Shown here one piece after another: positions 27,248 to 41,734 of a DNA stretch of 64,000 nucleotides. Every line of letters starts with the position of its first letter. Positions within the stretch are counted from its first letter, which is position 1. Origin of the DNA: Octopus vulgaris (lineage: Eukaryota); contig OX597833.1 in assembly GCA_951406725.2 (NCBI GenBank), forward strand, positions 4,278,001 through 4,342,000, written 5' to 3'. A program made the translations under genes and the position numbers. Under the pieces are notes generated by a model, which saw only the letters and a program-made list of their open reading frames with translations, searched no databases and had not been told where the DNA came from.

Positions 27248-28789
27248 CACTGTGTCCCACATTATTAGACAAATGAACCTTCTCTCAATAAATGAATCCA
27301 TATTCACTTGAAGACCTGTTGTTTTTTCATTGACTGTTGGCAACACCTCTCTGTGCACATTCTGTTAAAATAAATCAGATATGTGCAGACGCCAACAAAC
27401 GGCAGCCGTTTTTGTGATTGGGCAAGATTTTCACCGTCACAAATTACTAGGCAAGTATAATAAAAATGATAATTGTGTCAGAACAGTCATTTAATTAATT
27501 CAATAGAAAAGGACTTAATGGTAAACATAATAATACATTGGCATTCAAATAGTCACAGCGTTATGATACAGCTCCTAGTGTTTCGTGTATGGCCCTCCAC
27601 ACGCAGTAACCTTCCTTACGCTCTGATCCATTGAATTTGTCAAGGTGATGATATCTTCTTGTGTCATGATCTGAGCAGCATCTACAATAGCATCCCAGAG
27701 GGCAACTTTACTTGAAAACTGCCGTCCATCTTGGTAAATGTGCCTCTTCAGGACACTCTACAGGTTCTCAATTGGGTTTAAGTCAAACGACCTTAAGAAA
27801 AGCCTAATAGCTGCAGGTATTCCTTAGAATTTTGGGCTGCATAAGATGAGGCATTATATTGCATAAAGACCAGCTTTTTCTTGACGAAAAGTTCTTGTAT
27901 TTGGAACCACGGTTGGAAATTGTCCTTAAGATGGTAACATACGTTTTCAATGTCATCTTAATACCATCTGGGACTTTCCATGGTCTGACCATCACACCAC
28001 AAACGATGCCAACCCAAAACATGACCCCACATCTCCCCTGTTGGCGTCTCAAGCTATGAGGATTGTTCCCTCTGATTGATACCCAACCCTTGCTCCAGCC
28101 ATCTGGTTCGTCAAGGGTAGCACAGCATTTGTCAGTGAACAGAACTGTTGCTAAATCTATCTTCATATATTCTTCTGTCCATTCCTGTCTCTTCTGCTTA
28201 TGAACAGCCTTCAGAAGGGCCTTGGCAACAGGTTTAACATTCCTGGTTACCTGCTTCAAGAGGCGACACCTGGTAGTTTTTGGTACGTCTTCCCTGCCAC
28301 AGCATTTGAAGACTTCTCTACTTGTCAGACCTGAGTTCCGCACATCTTCACTTTTCTCATGTGCCAAAGAATGATTTGAAGCAGCTCTCAACTTACCATT
28401 ATCTGCCCACGACCAAACAGAAATAGGAGACTGCACAAATTCCTTCACTGTTCGGTGATCTTTTCCCACTATTTTTAATATTTCTATGGTTGTTTTTCCT
28501 TTTCCCAGATCTGACACGATGTTAGACTTCTCCTTCGAGGTAAGATCACGTTGCTGACCCCTAATCACACTTAAATTGGGCACCTGTCGTGTAATTTGGG
28601 ACAGAAGACATTTTGCTGTGACACGATAATAGCCGCCGCTTCCTTTTGTCTGCACAGATCTGATTTATTTTAACAGAATGTGCACAGAAAGGTGTTGCCA
28701 AAAGTCAGTGGGAAAATAATTGATTTGCAACGAATATACATTTATTTATTGAGAGACGGTTGAGTCACCTAATTATGTAGGTTGCAGGG
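27248..28789 (-). mobile_element. Tc1-like transposon fossil with long TIRs
   Basis: TA-flanked, 1542 bp, long inverted termini. Transposase remnants: N-terminal HTH, VLFTDKC, GVMFW, DLNPIENL. Confidence 0.88.
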
Positions 28790-28968
28790 TATATATATCT
28801 TTAATATGTACGTGTGAGTGTGTGTGTATAATTTGTTTTTTAAATGATTGAGACATTACAACACTTATCTAAACTTTAATTTTAAATATAGCACACACAC
28901 ACACACACACGTTTATAGATAGATAGAGGGAGAGAGCTTGCATACATGCATACCTACATACATGCATA

Positions 28969-30212
28969 TTAGGTTGTTTCACACGAAATGTCGCATTTGA
29001 AAGGTAACAATAAAATGTTTCACAAGTGTTAGAGAACTGATTTATTTAATCAAAGTATGATCCATGTTCATTTAAGACGTTTACCCAACGTTTTTCCATG
29101 TCATGTATTCCATCATTTAAAAGAATAAATTCATCTTTTGCTGAGGTAAACTGTCCGAGTGCTTCAATTACCTCTTCTTTATTGAAGAATGTTTTATTGC
29201 TTATGAAAAGCCCAAAATGCTTAAATAAGTGATAATTAGTAGGAGAGATATTAGAGGAATAGGGAGGATGTTGCAAAATCTTATAATTCAGGTTTTGCAA
29301 CTTTTGGATCATAGTTTGAGGACGTGCATTATGGTGGAGCAAAATTGGGCCATCTCTCTTCACTAGTCTGGGTTGCTCCTTTTTCAAATTCTCATGCATA
29401 CAGTCAATTTCCTGGCTATACGAAGCTGCTGTTACCGTTTCTCCTTGTTGCAAAAATGAATAATGAATAACTCCCTTCACAGACCACCAAAGAGTGACCA
29501 CTAACTTTTTAGGGTACAATGGTGGGTTTAGGTAGTGTTTAGGGGACTCTCCTGCATCTGGCCACTGACCTCCTCTCCTGAAGTTGTCAAAGAGTATCCA
29601 TTTCCCATCACAAGAAATGATTTGATGCAGAAACGGTCCTTTTCCAGTCAAAAAAGCAATAAGGAGCAGACTTTAAGGCGTTTGCTTTTTGAATCTCATT
29701 CAGTTGATGTGGAACAAACCTATTCGTTTTCTAGACTTTTCCCATTTTTTACAGGGGTCCAAAAACAGTTGTGTGAGATGTTTGGGGTTCTGATGAAAGT
29801 TTTCAAACCTTTGTTCTTAGATTTTGTTCAACCAAAGCATGTAATCCATCATGCCAAATGACTGATTTTGGCCTACCCCTTGGTTTATTTTCAAGGCTAT
29901 CATCTCCTGAACAAGATTTAGGAACCATCTCTGAACAATTCTGATATCAAAAGATTCCATTACCAAAGACCCTCTTGATATTCCGTAGAGCTTCTGCGGC
30001 AGAGTGAATGAGTTTGTACTCAGATGAGAAAATCACTCAACATAGTTTGGTTGTTATCCTTTTCATGAGGTCTGTGGGTATGAATTTTGTGAACCAATAT
30101 TGTTGGGAAAAAAAAAGAGTCAAGATTAAATGCAGGGTATACATAATTGAGTTTTTAAAAGACTGAAATAACAAGTAGTTAAAAACGTGACATTTCATGT
30201 GAAACAACCTAA
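28969..30212 (-). mobile_element. Mariner-family transposon fossil
   Basis: TA-flanked TIRs ttaggttgtttcac..; ~1.24 kb. Degenerate motifs SCDGKW, HHNARP, YSSNISPTNYHLF (cf. TGDEKW, HDNARPH, YSPDLAPSDYHLF). Confidence 0.9.
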
Positions 30213-30397
30213 TACATACATACCCACATATTTGGCCCCTTGGGGGTAATAAAAAAATCAACATAAATACCAACATATTTAGATGCAAAGAGACAGACAG
30301 ACTGACAAGCAGCAAGCAGTTATGAGAGGTATAAAGAGAGGAAAAGATGAAGATTGGTGAGAGACAATACTTTCTGAAGACAATTCCAAATACTTAC

Positions 30398-30458
30398 CAA
30401 ACAGCAACAACAACAAGAAACTTGTTAGAAGTAAAGAAATCTCCATTAGAAAGTTCAT
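30398..30458 (-). CDS. IgSF receptor paralogue B, signal-peptide exon
   Basis: ATG..MNFLMEISLLLTSFLLLLLF-G|gtaagt; the phase-1 donor matches the phase of the Ig1 exon. Confidence 0.8.
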
Positions 30459-30897
30459 CCTCGTTAATTAATCCGTCTTAATCAGTTTGCTGGATTCAGA
30501 TAATTCAAATGGAAATGTGCAAAAGTAAAAGAAAATATGTTATAAACTTTAAAAAATTATAATCCGAATTGATTGCTTTGCAGGTGCCTGGTGGTTGTTA
30601 TTGTTGACTAAAAGGGATAATTGTAGAAAGAAGAGGTAAAATTGTTAAGATAAAGTTGGAGCAGAATGATCGTGGGGCAGATGGAGGGGAGAAAAAAGTG
30701 CCAGAAAAGTTTGAAGTGAGTTATTTTCTACAGGACAGCAACCACTTCCTAGATCAGGGTGGGGATAGACGCCATTTTGCAATGGAGGGTGAGTGTAAGT
30801 ATGAGTGTGAGTGGGAGAGAATGTACTCGAGTGTAGAGTGTATGTATGTGTGTGTGTGTGTGTGCATTTTAAATCTATATCTGTTTATATAAACTAC

Positions 30898-30944
<47 letters not shown>

Positions 30945-31046
30945 ATGTTTATAAATAAATATATATATAGATAATGTGTGTATATATATATATATATATA
31001 TAGATAGATATGTATATGTATGTACATATGCATGTATTCATGTATG

Positions 31047-31106
<60 letters not shown>

Positions 31107-31343
31107 AATAAATATATATATAGATAATGTGTGTATATATATATATATATATGTATATGTATATACATATGCATGTATCTATGTATGTATATATATATGT
31201 ATATATATATATATATATCTGTGTGTGTGTGTGTGTTTATAAATAAATATATATATAGATAATGTGTGTATATATATATATATATATATATGTATATGTA
31301 TATACATATGCATGTATCTATGTATGTATATATATATATGTAC

Positions 31344-31387
<44 letters not shown>

Positions 31388-31475
31388 ATAAATAAATATA
31401 TATATAGATAATGTGTGTATATACATATATATATATATATGTATATGTATATACATATGCATGTATCTATGTATG

Positions 31476-31544
<69 letters not shown>

Positions 31545-31702
31545 AAAAAGAGAGAGAAAGAGATTTTTTTTTTTATTGTTGTATGGAAATCTCTGATAAA
31601 AGAAATATACTTCAACTGGTATCTTGATGGAATTTAAATCAAACTTATTTTATCAATAAAATGTTCATTTCCTTGTCAAATACACACATACAAACATACG
31701 TT

Positions 31703-31746
<44 letters not shown>

Positions 31747-32259
31747 CTATAGAAAATGTTATGTTTCATGTTGGTAAGATCAAAATCTTCCTCTGGCAAG
31801 AGATAAATATTATTTAATATTTTCGTAAAGCAGTCTCCTACCACAGCAATGTCCTAGCCTGAGACACATTACAATTATGTTAATTTTTGTATAATACACT
31901 CTTCCAGAAACAAATTCCATTACTTCTACTAAGTTACGACTTATCTTATTTAAACAACAAGAGTGACGGGCGATATGTACACTTTACTAAACCATATTCA
32001 ACTACACATACTAATAACCAAGTTTACTATTAAGTCCACCTTACTAACAAAATTTAATTTTCATCATCCGGATAAATAAATAATATTAGTTATAGTAATC
32101 CATTAAACCTTCTTTATCAGCTACATTAATAGGTCATTGATGTAGGGGGCTGTTTTCACAAAAATCTCACATATTTATTTCACCAGGTGAAGACTTTGTT
32201 CTTACCAACATGAAACATTTCATTTTATATATATATATATATTTATTTATACATGTTAA

Positions 32260-33750
32260 TATAATAATAATAATGAAATAATAATGAAATTAATTGTATA
32301 CAGTGCTCAGGTGCACCACAACTTGTCAGAAAGTGCGTATAAAGTACATGCAGTAATGTACAAATGTCTGGAAAGCGAACAATGTATGAGTCAGATACAT
32401 GCTTGTGTGTGTATGGAGGGGAGAAAATCAAGTGTAGTGTTGGTGAATCTCAGGAAGCATGGAAGTTTTGAAGGATGCAGTGCTCCGACAACTAACAACT
32501 GATGCCGGCAGTTTGTTCCATGCTTCAGCAACTCTCAGCGTGAAAAGATGTTTCCTGAAGTTATGGGAGCTGTGCTGTTTCCTTACTTTGTAAATATGTC
32601 CACGGGTGTTAGATGGGTGGAGTTTGAAGAGGTGTTCAGAGTTATTGTTTGTACGATGGTTTATAATTTTATGGGTGTCTGCCAAGTCAGCTGCCAGACG
32701 TTGGAGTTTCAATGTGTCCATGCCCAGGGAAGTAAGGCATTCAGGATATGGCAAATGCCTGATGGAGGGTATTCTTTTGGTTGCACGTCGCTGAAGAGCT
32801 TCCAGACGATTGATATCCTGGGCAAGATAGGGGTTCCAGACCGGTGATGCAAATTCCAGGTGAGGTCTTACCATAGCTATATAAAGCCGCAGATAGATAG
32901 CCGGAGAGCGGCTCACAAAGGATTTGGTGAGTGATGCCAAGACACCCTCAGCCTTCTTGACAATTTTAGTGATGTGTTTTGTCCAACGCAAATCACTGTC
33001 GACAATAACACCCAGGTCACGTTCACATGAAGACTTTTTGAGACTAGTGTTGTGGAGGGAGTAGGTGGACGCTGGGTTTCTCCTCCCAAAATGCATGGTG
33101 GTACATTTGTCCACAGCCAGCTTGAGTTGCCAGTCCATGATCCACTGCTGCATTGTGTCCAGGTGTGCTTGCAATAGAGATCTATAGTGTACAGAATTTG
33201 ACCTCTTTATTTCGAGGTACAGCTTAATGTCATCTGCATATTTCAGCACTGTGGCATTCTTTAAGTTGGCATCTATGTCATTAACATATGCAACAAATAA
33301 AAGGGGGCCAAGAACAGATCCCTGTGGTACACCAGATGTCATCTCATAGGGCAAAGAGTGCTGTCCTAGAACTGTGACAACCTCTTTTCGGCTGAAAATA
33401 AAGGACTTCAACCAGTTATAGAGTTCGTCTCTTATGCCCAACGCAGAAAGCTTCACCATAAGTCTTTTGTGTGGCACAGAGTTAAAAACCTTAGCAAAGT
33501 CCAGGTAAACAACATCCACCGAGGGTCCGCGATCAGTGATTTGGGTAACGTCCTCAAGAAACTCGATGAGTTGATTACAGCAGCTGGAGTCAGGAATAAA
33601 TCTGAATTGTGACGGCTGGATGAGGCTGTGAGACTTCCAGAAGTTCCAGAGGGTTTCTCTGATACAGGATTCCATCAGTTTGGCGATGCAGCTAGTAAGA
33701 CTGACAGGGCGATAGTTGTCAGGCGATGTGCGGTCGCCTTTTTTTAACAT
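32260..33750 (-). mobile_element. 5'-truncated CR1/L2-type LINE with open reverse transcriptase frame
   Basis: ORF 32428-33813: KKGD..NYRPVSLTS, YLDFAKVFNSVPH, SGVPQGSVLGPLLF, KYADD, ERDLGV, VRPHLEF; (TTA)n-type tail near 32260-32290. Confidence 0.9.
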
Positions 33751-34529
33751 TTTGATAATTATTCGGTAGCCATGATAAAACTCCGAGTCTTGGATGTCGG
33801 AGTGGAAACCCACACCACCATGAGGTCTGTGGCATCGGCCACATTCAGATGGTGCTTTTTACATGCCACCGGCACAGAAGCCAGTCAAGGCGGCACTGGC
33901 ATCGGTCACGTTTGAATGGTGCTTTTTACGCGCCACTGGCACAGAAGCCAGTCGAGGCGGCACTGGCATCGGTCACGTTTGAATGGTGCTTTTTATGCGC
34001 CACTGGCATTGGTCATGTTTGGATGGTGCTTTTTACGCGCCACTGGCACAGAAGCCAGTAAAGGCGGCACTGGCATCGGTCACGTTCGGATGGTGCTTTT
34101 TACGTGCCACCAGCACAGGGATCACAACTACAATTTCCATTGATTTTTCATGTTGATGTACTTGACTCAATAGATCTCCTCAAGCACAGGGTCGAAATGG
34201 TGTTTCCTTCCTTGCCACCTACACAGGAGTGAGTCCAGCGGCCATGGCAACTGCCGGGTGCCAGTCATAGGATTGGTTCAATTTCGATATATGTATATGT
34301 GTGTGTGTATATATATATATATATACATATGTGTGTGTGTGTGTGTGTGCGTGTGTGTAACGTATATTTGTATGTGTGTATTTGACAGGGAAATGGACAT
34401 ATTATTGATAAAATAAGTTTGATTTAAATTCCATCCAGATAACAGTTGAAGCATGTTTGTTTGATCAGAGATTTCCATACAACAATTAAAAAAAAATTCT
34501 CTCACTCTCCCTCTTTCTCTCTCGTTTTG

Positions 34530-34564
<35 letters not shown>

Positions 34565-34624
34565 ACACATTATCTATACATAAATATATTTATTTATATA
34601 CACATACATATACACATACGTATA

Positions 34625-34672
<48 letters not shown>

Positions 34673-35276
34673 CACCTATATATAGTAGTTTACATAAACA
34701 GATATAGATTTAAAATGCACACAAACACACACAGACACATACATATATATACGGATGCATTTATGTTCATATATCTATGGGGTAGATTTCATTTATGTGT
34801 GAATATGTCTGTGTGTATGTTTGTGAAAGCAAGTAATATTGTATTTCAGTACCAATGTAGCTATGTATGCATACATGTACAAACACACATACACACACAC
34901 ACACACTCATGTACATTCTCTCCCACTCACACTCATACTTACACTGACCCTCCATTGCAAAATGGCGTCTATACCCACCCTGATCTAGGAAGTGGTTGCT
35001 CTCCTGTAGAAATTAACTCACTTCAAACTTTTCTGGCACTTTTCTCCCCTCCATCTGCCCCACGATCGATCTACTCCAACTTTATCTTAACAATTTTACC
35101 TCTTCTTTCTACAATTATCCCTTTTAATCAACAATAACAACCACCAGGCACCTGCAAAGCAATCAATTCGGATGATAATTTTTTAAGGTTTATAACATAT
35201 TTTCTTTTACTTTTGCACATTTCCATTGGAATTATCTGAATCCAGCAAACTGATTAAGACGGATTAATTAACGAGG

Positions 35277-35337
35277 ATGAACTTTCTAATGGAGATTTCT
35301 TTACTTCTAACAAGTTTCTTGTTGTTGTTGCTGTTTG
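35277..35337 (+). CDS. IgSF receptor paralogue C, signal-peptide exon
   Basis: MNFLMEISLLLTSFLLLLLF G|gtaagt; splices in frame to 40880, giving ..LLFGVPVVKS-HAATF. Confidence 0.8.
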
Positions 35338-35521
35338 GTAAGTATTTGGAATTGTCTTCAGAAAGTATCGTCTCTCACCAATCTTCATCTTTTCCTCTCT
35401 TTATACCTCTCATAACTGCTTGCTGATTGTCAGTCTGTCTGTCTCTTTGCATCTAAATATGTGGGTATTTATGTTGATTTTTTATTACCCCCAAGGGGCC
35501 AAATATGTGGGTATGTATGTA

Positions 35522-36759
35522 TTAGGTTGTTTCACATGAAATGTCACATTTTTAACTACTTGTTATTTCAGTCTTTTAAAAACTCAATTATGTATACCCT
35601 GCATTTAATCTTGACTCTTTTTCTTTCCCAACAATATTGGTTCACAAAATTCATACCCACAGACCTCATGAAAAGGATAACAACCAAACTATGTTGAGTG
35701 ATTTTCTCATCTGAGTACAAACTCATTCACTCTGCCGCAGAAGCTCTACGGAATATCAAGAGGGTCTTTGGTAATGGAATTTTTTGATATCAGAATTGTT
35801 CAGAGATGGTTCCTAACTCTTGTTCAGGAGATGATAGCCTTGAAAATAAACCAAGGGGTAGGCCAAAATCAGTCATTCGGCATGATAGATTAAATGCTTT
35901 TGTTGAACAAAATCTAAGAACAAAGGTTTGAAAAGTTTCATCAGAACCCCAAACATCTCACACAACTGTTTTTGGACCCCTGTAAAAAATGGGAAAAGTC
36001 TAGAAAACGAATAGGTTTGTTCCACATCAACTGAATGAGATTCAAAAAGCAAACGCCTTAAAGTCTGCTCCTTATTGCTTTCTTGACTGGAAAAGGACCG
36101 TTTCTGCATCAAATCATTTCTTGTGATGGGAAATGGATACTCTTTGACAACAGTAGGAGAGGAGGTCAGTGGCCAGATGCAGGAGAGTCACCTAAACACT
36201 ACCTATACCCACCATTGCACCCTAAAAAGTTAGTGGTCACTCTTTGGTGGTCTGTGAAGTGAGTTATTCATTATTTATCTTTGCAACAAGGAGAAACGGT
36301 AACAGCAGCATCGTATAGCCAGGAAATTTACTGTATGCATGAGAATTTGAAAAAGGAGCAACCCAGACTAGTGAAGAGAGATGGCCCAATTTTGCTCCAC
36401 CATAATGCAAGTCCTCAAACTACGATCCAAAAAAACCTGAATTATAAGATTTTGCAACATCCTCCCTATTCCTCTAATATCTCTCCTACTAATTATCACT
36501 TATTTAAGCATTTTGGGCTTTTCATAAGCAATAAAACATTCTTAAATAAAGAAGAGGTAATTGAAGCACTCGGACAGTTTACCTCAGCAAAAGATGAATT
36601 TATTCTTTTAAATGATGGAATACATGACATGGAAAAACGTTGGGTAAACGTCTTAAATGAACATGGATCATACTTTGATTAAATAAATCAGTTCTCTAAC
36701 ACTTGTGAAACATTTCATTGTTACCTTTCAAATGCGACATTTCGTGTGAAACAACCTAA
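35522..36759 (+). mobile_element. Mariner-family transposon fossil (intron 1 of gene C)
   Basis: TIRs and TA flanks; disrupted transposase. Confidence 0.9.
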
Positions 36760-36943
36760 TATGCATGTATGTAGGTATGCATGTATGCAAGCTCTCTCCC
36801 TCTATCTATCTATAAACGTGTGTGTGTGTGTGTGTGTGTGTCTATATTTAAAATTAAAGTTTAGATAAGAGTTGTAATGTCTCAATCATTTAAAAAACGA
36901 ATTATACACACACACTCACTCATACATATTAAAGATATATATA

Positions 36944-38485
36944 CCCTGCATCCTACATAATTAGGTGACTCAACCGTCTCTCAATAAATAAATGTATATT
37001 CGTTGCAAATCAATTATTTTCCCACTGACTTTTGGCCACACCTTTCTGTGCACATTCTGTTAAAATAAATCAGATCTGTGCAGACAAAAGGAAGCGGCGG
37101 CTATTATCGTGTCCCAGCAAAATGTCTTCTGTCCCAAATTACACGACAGGTGCCCAATATAAGTGTGATTAGGGGTCAGAAACGTGATCTTACCTCGAAT
37201 GAGAAGTCTAACATCGTGTCAGAGCTGGGAAAAGGAAAAACAACCATAGAAATATCAAAAATAGTGGGAAAAGATCACCGAACAGTGAAGGAATTTGTGC
37301 AGTCTCCTATTTCTGTTTGGTCGTGGGCAGATAATGGTGAGTTGAGAGCTGCTTCAAATCATTCTTTGTCACATGAGAAAAGTGAAGATGTGCGGAACTC
37401 AGGTCTGACAAGTAGAGAAGTCTTCAAATGCTGTGGCAGGGAAGATGTATCAAAAACTACCAGGTGTCGCTTCTTGAAGCAGGAAACCAGGAATGTTAAA
37501 CCTGTTCCAAGCTCCTTCTGAAGGCTGTTCATAAGCAGAAGAGACAGGAATGGACAGAAGAATATATGAAGATAGATTTAGCAACAGTTCTGTTCACTGA
37601 CAAATGCTGTGCTACCCTTGACGAACCAGATGGCTGGAGTAAAGGTTGGGTATCAATCAGAGGGAACAATCCTCATAGCTTGAGACGACAACAGGGGAGA
37701 TGTGGGGTCATGTTTTGGGTTGGCATCGTTTGTGGTGTGATGGTCAGACCATGGAAAGTCCCAGATGGTATTAAGATGACATTGAAAACGTATGTTACCA
37801 TCTTAAAGGAAAATTTCCAACCGTGGTTCCAAATACAAGAACCTTTTTTTAAGAAAAAGCTGGTCTTTATGCAATATAATGCCTCATCTTATGCAGCCCA
37901 AAATTCTAAGGAATACCTGCAGCTATTAGGCTTTTCTTGAGGTCGTTTGACTTAAACCCAATTGAGAACCTGTAGAGTCTCCTGAAGAGGCACGTTTACC
38001 AAGATGGACGGCAGTTTTCAAGTAAAGTTGCCCTCTGGGATGCTATTGTAGATGCTGCTCAGATCATGACACAAGAAGATATCATCACCTTGACAAATTC
38101 AATGGATCAGCGCGTAAGGAAGTTTATTGCGTGTGGAGGGCCATACACGAAACACTAGGAGCTGTATCATAACGCTGTGACTATTTGAATGTCAATGTAT
38201 TATTATGTTTACCATTAAGTCCTTTTCTATTGAATTAATTAAATGACTGTTCTGACACAATTATCATTTTTATTATACTTGCCTAGTAATTTGTGACGGT
38301 GAAAATCTTGCCCAATCACAAAAACGGCTGCCGTTTGTTGGCGTCTGCACAGATCTGATTTATTCTAACAGAATGTGCACAGAGAGGTGTTGCCAACAGT
38401 CAATGGAAAACCAACTGGTATTTGAATGAATATGGATTCATTTATTAGGAGAAGGTTCATTTGCCTAATAATGTGGGACACAGTG
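36944..38485 (+). mobile_element. Tc1-like transposon fossil (intron 1 of gene C)
   Basis: Mirror of 27248-28789; split ORFs 37078-37521 and 37566-37940; FMQYNASSY is a degenerate FMQDNAPxH. Confidence 0.88.
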
Positions 38486-38494
38486 TATATACGT

Positions 38495-39135
38495 AAATCC
38501 GGCAAGACTAGTGAAGCCATAATCCGTAGCCCCTACCTGGGACGTAGTCAGTCCACCTGTGCATACCTTCCTTCTCGTGACACTTGTGAAGACCTGTTGA
38601 GGCAAGTGAGAATCGAATCAAATCAAATCAAATCAAACCAAATCAAAATAGATGAACATCAATGGAATTTGTATCCTTGGGGTACCAGTGCCGGTGGCAC
38701 ATAAGAAAACCATCCGAACGTGACCGTAGCCAGTACCGCAACGACTGGCCTCCGTGCTGAGGGCACGTAACAAACACCATCCGAGCGTGGCCGTCCGCCA
38801 GCCTCGTCTGGCACCTGTGTCGGTGACACATAAGAAAACACCATCCAAGCATGGCCGTCAGCCAGCCTCGTCTGGCACCTGTGTCGGTGGCACATAAAAA
38901 ACACCATCCGAGCGTGGCCGTCTGCCAGCCTCGTCTGGCACCTGTGTCGGTGGCACATAAAATCACCCACTACACTCTCGGAGTGGTTGGCGTTAGGAAG
39001 GGCATCCAGCTGTAGAAACACTGTCAGATCTGACTGGCCTGGCGCAGCCTTCGGGCTTGCCAGACCCCAGTTGAACCGTCCAACCCATGCTAGCATGGAA
39101 AGCGGACGTTAAACGATGATGATGATGATGATGAT
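38495..39135 (+). mobile_element. RTE-associated 3'-UTR/SINE element with internal ~62-bp repeats and (GAT)n tail
   Basis: Absent from the mirror arm. The same family occurs at about 3190-3600, 11800-12065, 12570-12910, 13400-14690, 22900-23275, 33830-34190, 42780-43215, 44030-44225, 47310-47460, 48940-49250 and 53540-53910. Confidence 0.7.
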
Positions 39136-39785
39136 ATAAAAAAAACCATACAAACACTGAGATTTGAAATCAGATGTCACCAGCAGTGACATAAGTGGAT
39201 CACAGGCGCAATAGCATTAAATAGCTATGAATTATATATTTGCACGAGTGTAATGATGCTTAACAAGCATCTACCTGCTAGAAATAAGAGCTAAAGTCTT
39301 AAATTAATCCACCGTACCGCATCAAGATAACAGAGAAATATATATCTATATATACACACACACATATATATACAGAAACACATATATATATTACTTTTAT
39401 TTTACTTGCTGCAATCATTTGACTGTAGCCATGCTGGAGCACCACCTTTAGATGGACATGTTAACTCCAGGAATTATTGTTTGTAAGCCAAGTACTTATT
39501 CTATTGGTCTCTTTTGCCAAACCACTAAGTGGCGGGTCATAAACACACCAACATCGGTTGTCAAGCGATGGTGGGAGGATAAACACAGATATAAATAACA
39601 AACACATACATACTTATATATACAACAGGCTTCTTTCAGTTTCCATCTACCAAGTCCACTCACAAGGCTTTCGTTGGCCTGAGTCTCTAGCAAAAGACAC
39701 TTGCCCAAGGTTCCACGTAGTGGGACTGAACCCGGAATCTTGTGGTTCGGAAGCAAGCGTTTTATCACACAGCCGCTCCTGTGCT

Positions 39786-39819
<34 letters not shown>

Positions 39820-40879
39820 AACACAAACATATACACATATGTATATACACAGACACAGTCACACACACACACACATATATATACACATACACACACACAC
39901 ATACATAAATGTATATATCAATATATGCTACTCCAGTACTCCATCGGTTACGAAGACAAGGGTTCCAGTCGACCCAAGCAACAAAACAGACTGCTCATGA
40001 AATTAACGTGCAAGTGGCTGAGTACTCCACAGACTCGTGTGCCCTCAGGGAGATTCAGCCTGACACAGATTGTGACAAGGTGACCGTTTGAAATACAGGT
40101 ACAACAGAAACAGGAAGAAAGGGTGAGAGAAAGCTGTGGTGATGGTGTACAGCAGGGTTCACCACCAGCCCCTGCCCGGAGCTTCGTGGAGCCTAAAATA
40201 TTTTCACTCAATAAACACTCATAACGCCCGGTCTGGGAACCGAAACCGCAAATTCACTGCCCTAACCACTGGGCCATTGCTCCTCCACATAGAAACATAT
40301 ATATATATAAATATACACACACACATATATATAGATAGATAGATACCGAGAGAGAGAGAGAGAGAAATACAGAGAGAAAGGAAGTGAGAGGAAGATAGAT
40401 GGTTACATATACCCATACATATTTGTATATAAGGGCACAGGGGTGGCTGTGTGGAAAGAAGTTTACTTTCCGGCCACATGGTTCCAAGTTCAGTCCCACT
40501 GCATGCCACTATGGGCAAATGTCCTCTCCTATAGACTTGAGCTGACTGAAACCTTGTGAGGGGATTTGGTTGGCAGGAACTAAATCAAGCCCATTGTGTA
40601 TGTGTATGTGTGTGTGTGGCTTTGTGTCTGTGTTAGTTCACCATACCACTTGGCAACCGGTGTTGGTTTGTTTACATCTCCATAACTTAGCAGTTTGGTA
40701 AAAAGAGAGCGGTGAAATAAGTATGAGTCTTAAAAAATGCACTGGGGTCAATTCGTTGAACTAAAAGCTGTTCAAGGTGGTGCCCCAGCATGGCCACAGT
40801 CTAATGAATGAAAGAAGTAAAGAAAAAAAGTAGCCAGACATTCATGTTTATTAATCTTTCTGTCTTTGCATCATTTCAG

Positions 40880-41215
40880 GTGTTCCAGTTGTGAAATCTC
40901 ATGCAGCGACATTCTCCATCTCTTCTTCTGCCAAAATTGGTGATTCTGCTCAGTTCTTCTGCAATGCCACCACCACAGTACCTCAGTACTATGCTCATTT
41001 CATGCATAATGACAACATAACTGCTACAGCCATAGTTCCTGGTGTTCCAGTTCAAAGTAGTCCCAATACTTCAGTCAATGGTTCAGGCAACCAGTATTGC
41101 TATAAGTATACAATCAGTTCTTTGTCTTGCTCTGACCGAGGGAATTACAGGTGTTATGTGCTGAATAAAAATGGTAATGTATTGGAGAGTAACAGTGAGA
41201 CTCTTGATGTTCTGG
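40880..41215 (+). CDS. IgSF receptor paralogue C, Ig domain 1 exon (variable)
   Basis: 336 nt, phase 1-1, AG/GT intact, Cys..DRGNYRC. Confidence 0.85.
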
Positions 41216-41403
41216 GTAAGGATTACCTTTATCTACTTTCACTTTTACTCCCCCTTTCTCTCTCTCCTCTCCCTCTTCCCCTCTATCCCCATCCTCCCCT
41301 CATTCTCTCACATACAATGAAATTGTTGATAATCCTTAACTTCCCTAAGAATATTTATTACATTTAAATGTCCCTTTTTGTTCCCTTTTCGTTTTTCCTA
41401 CAG

Positions 41404-41685
41404 GTCCAGCTGGAACTCCCAATCTGACGGCTCCTTCTGATAATCAAATTCTCAATGACATTGTCACCGTTTCTTGCGAGAGTAAAGTTGGAAGTCCTGC
41501 ACAGGAATTACACCTTTGTGTTGACAATACCTGCGCTAAACCAAACCCACCAGTTAAACAGGTCGATCAGTGCATTTTCACACAAACTGCAAGCCTAACA
41601 TTTCAAGTCACTAAGACAACCAAGACGGCTACATGTAAAGTGGGGTCAAGTTCTTTGATATTAATGCAAACCTGGGAAGTTGACT
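41404..41685 (+). CDS. IgSF receptor paralogue C, Ig domain 2 exon
   Basis: 282 nt, phase 1-1, open frame GPAGTPNL..QTWEVD. Confidence 0.85.
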
Positions 41686-41734
41686 GTAAGTTGTCTGTTT
41701 TTCTTCTCTGTTGCTATTATTATTTCTTCAGAAA

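Noticed and set aside
32428-33813. RT near variable Ig exons as a DGR-like diversifier
   Set aside because: It is an ordinary truncated CR1/L2 RT. There is no template/variable repeat pair and the substitutions are not adenine-specific.
27248-38485. Tc1/mariner transposases as a RAG-like somatic rearrangement machinery for the Ig exons
   Set aside because: The catalytic motifs are mutated and frameshifted, I see no RSS-like heptamer/nonamer flanking the Ig exons, and the V-like exon is complete rather than split.
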